Of a DNA stretch of 64,000 nt, positions 50,811-60,827 are shown piece by piece; position 1 is the first letter of the stretch; every line of letters starts with the position of its first letter. Source of the stretch: Octopus vulgaris (Eukaryota); NCBI GenBank assembly GCA_951406725.2, contig OX597818.1:23870001-23934000 (forward strand), in the 5' to 3' direction. The notes under the pieces were generated by a model, which saw only the letters and a program-made list of their open reading frames with translations, ran no database searches and was not told the origin of the DNA. Both the position numbers and the translations under genes were made by a program.

Positions 50811-52610
50811 TGTTTTTACATAAATGAAGCAAAAAGATTTTTAAAACATGTCACTTTAATTCACCATCTCATTTGTCTTTTAATATCACATATGTTTTTT
50901 TTATTAAGGTACGCTCAAAGTGTGCCTTCATCATAATTTGTAAAATATACTGACACATGATTTCACAACCCGTTTATCAAATAAGAAGTTCGCAATTATG
51001 AATTAGTCAACGTATTAGGTATTTATGCCACATATGAAGTTTTACTGGGGCTTACTTATTCTCACAGAATGGCCCAATGGCACTGGTGATTGGTCAGTCT
51101 GTTCTGCCTACATTGTGAGTTGGACTCACTGAATACGATTATCTTGAGCACTGACATTCACCCTTGCAGGCCAAAGTTGGTTGATTATTGTCTCTGATCT
51201 GTTGAGCTAGCGAACTGAAGGCAACCTGTTTCTCTGGACTGTATAACTCCTGCAGGTGTGACTTGTTGCACTGGAACAGTCGTCCATCACCGTGCATTTT
51301 GACGATGGTTACCATATCTAATTTTCTTGAAGGACTGACACTCTGCTGCCTATAACTTAATTCAGGAGGGTCTTTAGCATTTCTGTTGTTATTTCTTTCT
51401 TCTGGCATTCATCCTTTCTCAGATTTGATTGTCTTTACAATCTATGATAGTAAATATTTCCTTACCGTTATTAAAACTCTCTCCTCCGTTTTCCGGGTAC
51501 TCATAGGTTTCTTCTTGGTATGGATCATATGGGATTCTTTCTCCAAACCAATGTGGACGGGAATTTCCGTTTTGGTACATAGTTGTTTTTGTAAGGCAAA
51601 ATTTTTCAAAATGGTGTAACCTGTTGCATTTTCTGCATTCTTTGTTAAATGCATGACAGTCTTTTTTTCTCTTTCCATGGTTTTTTCCACATCTTCCACA
51701 CGGTCTGGCATTTTTCACCGTTATTTCATGACATGAATCTGTTTTCGTTTCATTAGTATCATCATGACATGAATCTGTTTTCGTATCATTAGTATCATGA
51801 CATGAATCTGTTTTCGTTTCACTAGTATCATCATAACATGTACTGCTTTCTATCGTAGCTTCATATGTCCTTATGCTCTCAATAGCTAACTCTAGAGTAA
51901 GATCTGGTTCGTTTACCAGATTTTTTGTTTCATTTCTCCATTTCAGTCCTTTTATTATTTGTTCAAGGATTCTTTCCTCCTGGTTTGAGCCGAAGTCGCA
52001 TCTCTCGGCTTTTGATTTAAGTCTATCTAAATATTCGTCCACTGACTCTTCAACTTGTTGAATTATAGAGAACTCTAAGCGTTCAACCCATTTGTTTGGT
52101 TTTTCTATCTCATGAGCTTCAGAAGTTCTGAATACGTTTGCTGCTATTTCTTCCTGTCCAGCCGTCATTAATTCTCGCCTCTGGCCTATGCTAAGTAAAA
52201 TAAAGCTGTTCAAGGTTTTCGTCTATTTCGTTAGCAATGAAATAAAAGCTCATAAAATCGACCCATTTGTTAAGTCTCGCACTTGTTCTCGTTTGACAGA
52301 ACCTTGGGAATAGGATTAATGACGCCACCATTTCTCACGCTTGCCGCTTGATTCAACTGACTTGAACACGTTTAACTCATTTACCATATGACCATCACCT
52401 TTGCAATTGTTTACTTTCGATTTTTTTTTTTTTTTTACTTTTTTTAAAATCTTTATAACAGGCATATATCGCTGTACCGCTGCCACTAATTTGTTGTTTT
52501 ACACAAATGAAGCAGACGGATTTTTAAAACATGTTACTTTATTTCGCCACCTAAATAATGTTTTCTTAAATAGAAAACCACGTGGTTCATGAAGGTACTC
52601 TCGAGGAGAC
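50811..52610 (-). mobile_element. Internally deleted, gag-only Ty3/gypsy element in fibrillarin intron 1 (sense orientation)
   Basis: Direct LTR-like repeats start at 50811 and 52495; PBS TGGCAGCGGT (tRNA-Leu-like) at 52485-52476. The gag ORF 52213-51419 has QQVEESVDEYLDRLKSKAERCDFG and a double zinc knuckle CGRCGKNH..C / CRKCNRLHHFEKFC. Outer LTR ends are uncertain. Confidence 0.8.
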
Positions 52611-53280
52611 GTATAAAATATATCGATACATCATGGCCCAGAGATATAATTCGTATTTGGGTAGAATAACAATTGCATTACAATGCCTGACCAGAGATTT
52701 TATGAACGAAATAAAATTGTCATTAGGAACTTTATTTTTTCTCAGTATGATTATTTTTATTTTAAATTCAAGAATTTAAAATCTGTATGGTTCTTAAAAT
52801 ACATAACTGAATAAACACAAGTTTTGCACAACTGATCAATACAATATTATTTTAAAAATCTTTCTAACATCGATGACAATATGAAATAGTATGTTTTCAA
52901 AGAATGAAATACTACAGCAAAGCAATTTCTCCACTCTTGCAATATTAGTATTTGTTTTCGGCCTTTTGCGCAGTATACCGACACGTGCTGTCATTCAACA
53001 AGATAGATAAACAAAAATACATTCATCTGATTAATTTAAAATACTACATCTTCAATAGTTGCACATTAATATATAAACATGAGTAACAATCTAAAATGCC
53101 CAATGAGACAAAAAAAAAGTGGGATATTTCGATATAGTCATAGTACAAAGTGACCATGTGGGAGTAATTCAAACGAGTGCGTAGATATTCCCTCGCTCGT
53201 ATTTCCTCAGCCCTTATGTAAATATTTCAAAGGAATCGAGCCAAAATTTTCCACGGAATGGTTTATTGATTCACAAGCAC

Positions 53281-53432
53281 TCAGTGGAAGCCGCGTATAA
53301 TTACGGATATTATCAACCGATTATTCTCGTCATACTTAGACGAGGCCACAAACTTATTATTTGCCTAATGTTATCAGCCGGTTACTACTGTCGGAAAGTT
53401 TTCATCTGATCGCAATAAGAGGCTTCCACTGA
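53281..53432. mobile_element. Probable pogo/Tigger-like MITE in fibrillarin intron 1
   Basis: 12-bp terminal inverted repeat tcagtggaagcc/ggcttccactga; on the minus strand, internal direct repeats aaccggctgataacat and aatcggttgataatat. Confidence 0.5.
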
Positions 53433-53560
53433 ATATATAAACAGAACCAACAGGTTTATAGTTCAATCGCAGTAGAAAATATTGTGAAAAGAAACATCGA
53501 ACATACAAATATATTATAAAAAATATTTTATACATGTCAATAGACAAATTTAAGACTTAC

Positions 53561-53573
53561 CAGGAGGACCCAT
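53561..53573 (-). CDS. FBL: Fibrillarin exon 1, coding part (MGPP-G)
   Basis: ATGGGTCCTCCTG|gtaagt joins exon 2 to give MGPPGFSPRGG (compare human MKPGFSPRGG). Total CDS is 969 nt, 322 aa. Confidence 0.9.
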
Positions 53574-53602
53574 TTCAAATAATTATTGCGAACTAAATAA
53601 TC

Positions 53603-53700
53603 CACGTGCGTCTAAAGGAAGTAGTTTACTGAATTGTGGAACTCTTCAACAATGAAAAGTTGTAGGCTCATCAAAGTTTGACTTCCTCTCACGAGACCGG
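53603..53700 (-). promoter_or_regulatory. Fibrillarin core promoter: TOP/TCT-like start, downstream E-box, ETS site and CGCG-element-like motif
   Basis: CTTCCTTT 53621-53614; CACGTG 53603-53608; GGAAGT 53686-53681; TCTCACGAGA 53687-53696 (one mismatch to TCTCGCGAGA). Confidence 0.55.
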
Positions 53701-54219
53701 GTAAAAACTATTCGAAACCTGATAACGAAATTTAAATAAAGTCAATTAGAAGTAATATGCATTTTTAATATTTGATCTTCTCGTAATATTTTCGACATAA
53801 GCGCATATTTTGCATCGACTAATGGAAATGATATTTGAGGAATGAGAATTAATTTATTTTGTTTTATATGCACGTGTGTGTGTGTGTACGTAAGTAAGTC
53901 GTCTATAAGTCCCATAAGTCAGGAAAAAGATGCAATTGTATATCTGTCAATAGAGTCAGTATATTATCCGAAGTGGGCGGAGATAAAGATCATGGACTGC
54001 ACCCCCAACTTTGCGATTTTTTTTTTGCGGGGGGGGGGGATTTTATTTTTATATAAACACACATTATCGAGGGCGGAGATTCTGAATCTGCAAAAAGATC
54101 TGCATTTCAAAATTTAAATCTCCACCTCTGAATTTCTTAGATTTTCACATTTTAAAAACATCTTTTGGGGTGAAATACTTAGAAAAATACAGAGATTATG
54201 ATTCTAAAAAAAAAATTCT

Positions 54220-56270
54220 GTCATACATTTCCAAGGAGTGGTACATATGTCATTCATTTCCAGGACGTTGTACACGTCATTCATTTCAAGGAAGTTGTAC
54301 ACACTCAGAGGATTCCATATTGGCTATCTCTGATGAGCGTAGGGTTATACAATCAGATTGTTACCTAACATTCCGTCGTACCCCTAGGTTAGGGTAGCGG
54401 ACTCACGGTCGTAAGAACGCGGTTTCGATTCTCAGACCGGGCATTGTGAGTGTTTATTGAGCAAAAACACCTAAGCTCCATGAGGCTCCGGCGGGTGGGG
54501 TGAACCCCACTATACTCTTTCACCACAACTTTCTCTCACTCATTGTTCCTACTTCTGCCACAAAGCAGAGGTACCATGGTGTAACCCACTATGGTGTGGT
54601 AAACTTTCAGACCCTAGTCTAGATTGCGAATCCTCTGTACCCCAGGATAGTTCAGCTCTCCACCTGTTAAAAGCCACCATTTACGTAGCTTTCATGCCCG
54701 TGCAACCGCCAGTCTATTGTGTGTGGTGGGTGGATCTTCAAGTTGCCACACGCATTCTTAGTAGCTTAGAGTAGGCTCGAATTAGAGATTATTCTTTGTG
54801 GTTAATGGCGTGAGTCCTGATTGGAAGAAGACAGCAGCAGGCTCAACAATTCCAATAGCAACAGCATCGCCAGTAATAACAACAATAACATCGATGATTA
54901 GCAACGTCAGTATCCCTAACGGAAATAGCAGCAGATATACATCACCAATAACAGCAGAGACATTGCCAATGACATCAATGGTAATAGCCATAATAACAAC
55001 GATGGCACCTTTGCCAACACCATTGTCAACTCCACCAGCAGCATCAGCACCAACAGTGGCGGTAGCAAAGCCAACACCGACACACCACTGCCAACACCCA
55101 ACCACAGAGATACATCAGTTGTTCCAGGAACTCATTCAAACAATGCCTCTCCAACCACAGATCCTCCTTCAGGATACCGGAAAGGAGATTCATCACAATA
55201 ACAACATCAATGACAGCAGTGACAGTATCCCTAATGACAACAGCAGCAACAGCTTCCCTTAAGGCTACATCTACAGCAGCAGGGTGGAGGCGCAATGGCC
55301 CAGTGGTTAGGGTAGTGGACTCACGGTCGTAAGAACGCTGTTTCTATTCCCAGAGCGGGCATTGTGAATGTTTATTGAGCAAAAACACCTTAGCTCCACG
55401 AGGCTCCGGCGGGTGGGGTGAACCCCACTATACTCTTTCACCACAACTTTCTCTTACTCATTCTTCCTACTTCTGTCACAAAGCAGAGGTACCATGGTGT
55501 AACCCACTATGGTGTGGTAAACTTTCAGACCCTAGTCCACAGTTCCAGTAGCAGCAGTGGCAGTACCAGCAATAACATCGAAGATAAACAATGGCAGTAT
55601 CCCTAACAGAAACAGCAGCAGAGACATCACTAATGACATCGACAACAGCAATGAGAGTGCCTCCATCAATGGTGATACCCAACACCAACAGACACACCAC
55701 TGCCATCACCCAACCACAGAGATACATCGGCTGTTCAAGGAACTCGTTCAAACAACACCTCTCCAACCACAGATCCTCCTTCAGGATACCAGAAAGGAGA
55801 TTCATCACATCATTAGCCAGCCATGTATGACAGCTAATAGACGACAGGATTACATACACAATATCATGGAGAATCCTGGAAAATCCTGTTCTCTACTATA
55901 ACAGAACCGACTGCTGTAAATTAGGCATAGTGGAATGGGCACGGATCCTAAAGGACTCCCTCAACCCAGGGACCATCCTGAACTCCAGAACGGAGGTCTT
56001 CAGACTCTTCTTACATTTCAAGAAATTCCCGCTAGCTTAGTAGAACCCATGGGATAACAGGGTCACTAGTAATCGATAGCCAAGGGAAGACAATCCCCTT
56101 TGTTGACACAGAGTAACAGGGTCATTTTCTCCTCCATATTCTAGAGTCCACTCACTAGAGAGGTCTTTAACCAAGAGGTTTAGGGATCTGATGATACACC
56201 ATAAAGCCAAGCTCTTTATGGATGTGAAACCTATGATAATCTCGTAAACCTGCTTTATCTAACTTTAATA
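54220..56270 (+). mobile_element. Rearranged Penelope-like remnant with internal duplication, SINE family D insertions and a 3' hammerhead
   Basis: 26-bp tandem repeats 54226-54305; CTGATGA half-site 54330-54336; low-complexity aca/gca-rich tracts; SINE heads at 54387 and 55285; hammerhead 56176-56251 followed by (TA)/(TATG)n. Confidence 0.45.
56176..56251 (+). ncRNA. Type-I hammerhead ribozyme, near-intact
   Basis: Stem I AGGTTTAGGGAT / ATCTC-G-TAAACCT (12 bp); CTGATGA 56188-56194; stem II ACA-CCATAAAG / CTTTATGG-A-TGT; GAAA 56226-56229; short stem III with one C-A mismatch; triplet ATA, predicted cut after 56238. Confidence 0.75.
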
Positions 56271-57094
56271 TATATACATGTATGTATGTATATATATATA
56301 TGCATGTATGTATGTATATGTATGACTCTCTGTTTTAAAAGTTTTGTGAATGTATGACTCTCTGTTTTAAAAGTTTTGTGAATGCTTATCAGTTTGGGTG
56401 TATGAGGTGGGTGGGCTACTTATTGATTTTTACCTGATAAGATCCTATCCTGTCAACATTATCATATTCCAGTTAAATGATTTTATTGGAACTATTTACC
56501 TTGCCTGTTGCTTTTACTTTTTTTTTTTTAAAATAGCTTAGAGCATTATTTCCCAACCTATTTTTCCCCAGGCTCCACTATAACTTTGCAAAAAATAAAT
56601 GCCCACTGGTGGTTGGAAAAAAAACACTTTATTTTTAATATTTCACCACAACTATTTAATACAAAAGAATCTACTAGTATATCTTTTATTAAGTACTGAG
56701 TACAAAAAAAGTACATTATTGACTAAGAAAAAAATAAAATGGTGAATCACTTTAATGAGAATCTTGTGCCTGACAACTACAGCACCACACCCCACCACAC
56801 TTTTCCTAGGTCCCACACTGGAAATCACTGCCTTAGAAGGAAATTCTCCTGAGAGAATGTTTAAGAATCTGGGTGAAAATTCTTTTTAATTTGACTATAT
56901 ATTGTGAGACTATTTGTATTTTGTATGCAGAATGCTCATCTAACTGAATTTATCTCAACCATATCCATTGATCATAGAGCTAAGGAAAAATAGAGGAAAT
57001 GTATGGTGCTGAGTATGCATATCAATAATATGTTGAAGGAAAATACCTCAGAGGAGCATGTGGAATATTAAATGCAAATGCTGTTGGATCTTAC

Positions 57095-57346
57095 ATCATC
57101 ATCATCATCATTTAACGTCCGCTTTCCATGCTAGCATGGGTTGGACGGTTCAACTGGGGTCTGGGGAGCCCGAAGGCTGCACCAGGCCAGTCAGATCTGG
57201 CAGTGTTTCTACAGCTGGATGCCCTTCCTAACGCCAACCACTCCGAGAGTGTAGTGGGTGATTTTATGTGCCACCGACACAGGTGCCAGACGAGGCTGGC
57301 GAACGGCCACGCTCGGATGGTGTTTTTTATGTGCCACCGACACAGG
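57095..57346 (-). mobile_element. SINE-like family A
   Basis: Reverse complement of the family A tail and internal repeats. Confidence 0.8.
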
Positions 57347-60264
57347 TATAATAAAACTAGTTACAAAAGCTTTGATGAATTTAATCCAACCTATTAGTTG
57401 ACTAGATGCATGAGATTTCTACAAATGTTAGGCCTCACTATCAATTAATATGTAATGAATTGCTTCCTAGATTCTAAGCCAAGATTTGAAACCTAGTCTA
57501 GATTTTTCTTCCTGTTTCTTTCATATTGTTTTCAGCCTCTGCACTTATAAAATTTATGAAAGTCAACAGACACATTTAGTAAAGTTTTCTTGTTTAACTT
57601 AACATTCTTTGGTTAAATAGGGTTCAGGCAGATATGAGACAGAAAATCCTTTTTCTAACCTCACCTAATTTAGTTTTAAAAAATATAAATACAGAACCCA
57701 AAATTGGTTTTAGCTCTTCTTCTCTTGGCTGACCATTAAAGAGCGTCCCTGTTTCTTCCTTTACTTATGTACTGTCAAAGAGGGAGCATTTAACTTTCAC
57801 CCTCTCTACCAGTCAACACAGGTAAACTCTCTTATGCTTTCTCTCCTTTTCCATCAATCTTCAAGTAGTCAACAAAGGATGAATTTGACTAAAGATTAGA
57901 AAGCAGAACAGCAATTTATCCTTTTATAATAACATCTCAAAGAAGTTGTATCTTATATTGCAACAATGAAAATAAAGGGCCGTTTCAAATAATAATATTT
58001 TTTCATTTATTTGCAGTATATAATTCATTACAAATATTTGTCCTAACAAGCACATGTCCTCGACATGGTAATGTCTGCACCACAAAGATTAGCCATTCTC
58101 TTCAGAAAACAAGGAAATATCTAGCCCCTGACATCTAATCTTATATACTGCCTTATTGAAATTAATTATATTTTTAATCTCATAGTGTTTTTAAACCAAT
58201 AAAAGTACAGTTTGAGTTGCAGTTCCACTAAAGCCAACTTTAATTGTTAACATTTAACAAAAGTTGATAAATCATAGGGTAAATACTCATCAGTTACCGT
58301 CATCTCACACCTAAAGATCAATAAATACATGTTAGTAACATACTAAGATCTACTCAACCTGTCCTACAAAAATCAAATTTCGTTCATTTGTTTTGCAGAT
58401 ATTCTGAGGCCAGTAAGATTAATGTTATTAACATTGATCTTGAACCTATGCACGTTGATTGAAAGCTACAAGCAAAGATGTTCAAAGAGGGGTTCCAGAA
58501 TGGTGAAGTTCTGGGAAGAAGGATGGACACATGAGTTAGTGTGGAGCCTAAAAAGAGGGGAACAATATAGGAGAACAAATGGAATGACACGTGTGTCAGG
58601 AGTTCTTAAGTGGAGGAAGCATGAGGCCAGATAGAACTAAGGTGCAGCAGCCCCTGTAATAATGGTAGAAATGGTGAAGAGTTGAAGTAAGATGTCTGTA
58701 AAGCAGAGATTAGAGTGTGTTGCTTAATAGCTTCCTGTCAATCAGTCAAGTAAAATCTCTTTGGATGCAGTTTAGGATGAGTGTATGTGTACCTACAGTT
58801 TCATCCTAGATGTGGGAATAGGAATCCATTGTTGATATTAACTAAGATATATAGAAAGTAGGCTCTGAAGAGAAAGGCAATCTTCACCATATTAAGAATG
58901 TTTGTTTACCAGAAAAGATCTTCAGGGATAGCAAAGCCTATTATTTCTGACATTCTTGAAGATTCTAGTTGTGTGCTGTCTATGTTTTGTGATTTAAGGT
59001 GCAAGAATGTTTCCTTGGTATGTGAACTAATTAAATCTGTCTGATGATGGAGGAGACAAAAATGATATAAATCTAGAAGTGGATGGTTTCAAGGTCTTTG
59101 TTCGTGGAATCAGTGCAGATTTAATATAAGGTTGTAGCGAGGCACAAAGAAGCCAGCACCATTTCGAAACAGCAAGATCTTGCCTGGAACCATTGCCATA
59201 TGTGACACAAAAACAAGATCTCACCTGCAACTGTTATTTAAGGAAAAGACAACAACATTTTCCCTCTCATTCTTCTCACGCTGACACTGAGAAGACACTT
59301 CGAAGCCAGGAGCTCACAATGAACTTTTGTCTCCAGGAGTTATTGAACCACACATGTATGGGAGAGAAGGCTAACTATGCACTGCTGTGAAGATGGTTAC
59401 TTCAAGCAAACCCCTTGTACGAAGCACCTGTGAATAAACAGTTATTGAATTTACTCTGCTTCATTCTTTGTATTTCCAGCTCCTTGAATCAACAGAATAA
59501 TTATAATGGAAAAAGAAGATACCCAAAAAGTATCATAAAAACCTTCCTTCCAAAAGGATTTTCAGCAGCCGAAATCTTCTATTGTTGTTAAAATGGCTCA
59601 CCTGTTTCTAAATGCAGCAATGAGAGGACATACTTCAAGCAAGCCAGCCATCAACTTCACAGCCCAAGTTTGAATATGAAAGTTTTGCCATAGTTACAAT
59701 TCCTAAAAGAATGAGATTCACATGTGGACGACTTTGCACCTTATCTTCCAGTTGTTTGAATGTTGTAGATATTCCCACTAGCTAGTTGCTTCTCAGTGCT
59801 GTGCCTTGTGTCTTTCTATGTTCATGTGTTTGCTCCACCTCAAAACAGAAAAACGGTACAAACTTATATACACGAATTAACAGAAGAGAAGAATCACAAA
59901 TTTGTCTCCTACTCGTTTCCCCTGAGGTACCACGCTCCATAGACGAAGTAAACAAACGATGCCATGTTGAGAAATGATGAAAACTGCTAGGAATGAGCCG
60001 GTAGACTTGCAATGATGAGATTGTTTCCTGCCATTTCATTTTCGCCATTTTTCCTGTTGAAGCCTATAGCCATCGTTCCTGTCTACCGCCATGTTCCAAT
60101 GCCGTACATGTTGTCAGAGACAGAAAATATATCAATTCGCCTGCCAATTTCTGACACCATCTTGAAAAAAGAAAAGAACCGAACAAATATTTTTTTCAGC
60201 AGACTGTAACACAGGTTTGGCAACTAAAAAAAAAAGGAAAATATTTTTTTCCTTTACTCTCTCT

Positions 60265-60660
60265 CTCTTTACTCTTTTACGTGTTTCAGTCATTTGACTG
60301 TGGCCTTTAGTCGAGCAAATCGACCCCAGGACTTATTCTTTGTAAGCCCAGTACTTATTCTATCGGTCTCGTTTGCTGAACGGCTAAGTGATGGCGACGT
60401 AAACACACCAGCATCAGTTGTCAAGCAATGCTAGGAGGACAAACACAGACACACAAACATACACACACACAAACATACACACACACATATATATACGACG
60501 GGCTTCTTTCAGTTTCCGTCTACCAAATCCACTCACAAGTCTTTGGTTGGCCTGAGGCTATAGTAGAAGACACTTGCCCAACATGCCATGCAGTGGGACT
60601 GAACCCGGAACCATGTGGTTGGTAAGCAAGCTACTTACCACACAGCCACTCCTGCACCTT
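60265..60660 (-). mobile_element. SINE family B, near full length
   Basis: Head, central microsatellite and tail are all present in reverse orientation. Confidence 0.85.
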
Positions 60661-60827
60661 TCTGCACATAGTACAAAAAAAATCTTTAATTTTGTTAAGA
60701 AAATTTTTTACTGCACACACATTTATTATTCCAACAACATTTTTATTGGTTCTTTGGTCCTTTTCTCTGTGAGAGTTTTGTATATTCCCATGCCTTTTTC
60801 CTTTTCCCCTTCTTTCTTCTGTAAAAG

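Noticed and set aside
53240-53315. U17/snR30-like motifs (AAACCAT and ATATCCGTA on minus)
   Set aside because: The m1 match is poor, there is no ACA at the expected spacing, and the motifs straddle the MITE boundary.
53281-53432. C/D snoRNA, U3-like or telomerase-RNA-like structure (12-15-bp closing stem ending in CTGA, next to an H/ACA-like domain)
   Set aside because: No proper C box at the 5' end and no CTAACCCT template. CAGT-starting termini with internal repeats fit a pogo-like MITE better.
52180-53560. Splicing of fibrillarin exon 1 into the intronic gag ORF
   Set aside because: The AG sites checked near the ORF start are phase 2 or 0, while the exon 1 donor is phase 1.
55285-55360. 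tRNA gene (A and B boxes)
   Set aside because: tRNA-derived SINE head that continues into the SINE body; no clean cloverleaf.
54782-55901. Thr/Pro-rich mucin-like ORFs
   Set aside because: Low-complexity, duplicated and interrupted by SINEs; no splice-consistent gene model.
59500-60210. Gene start (AAAATGGCG, ORF 59782-60048) or LTR element with PBS-like TGGTGTCAGAA near 60159-60149 on minus
   Set aside because: No recognisable protein and no convincing LTR pair; left unassigned.
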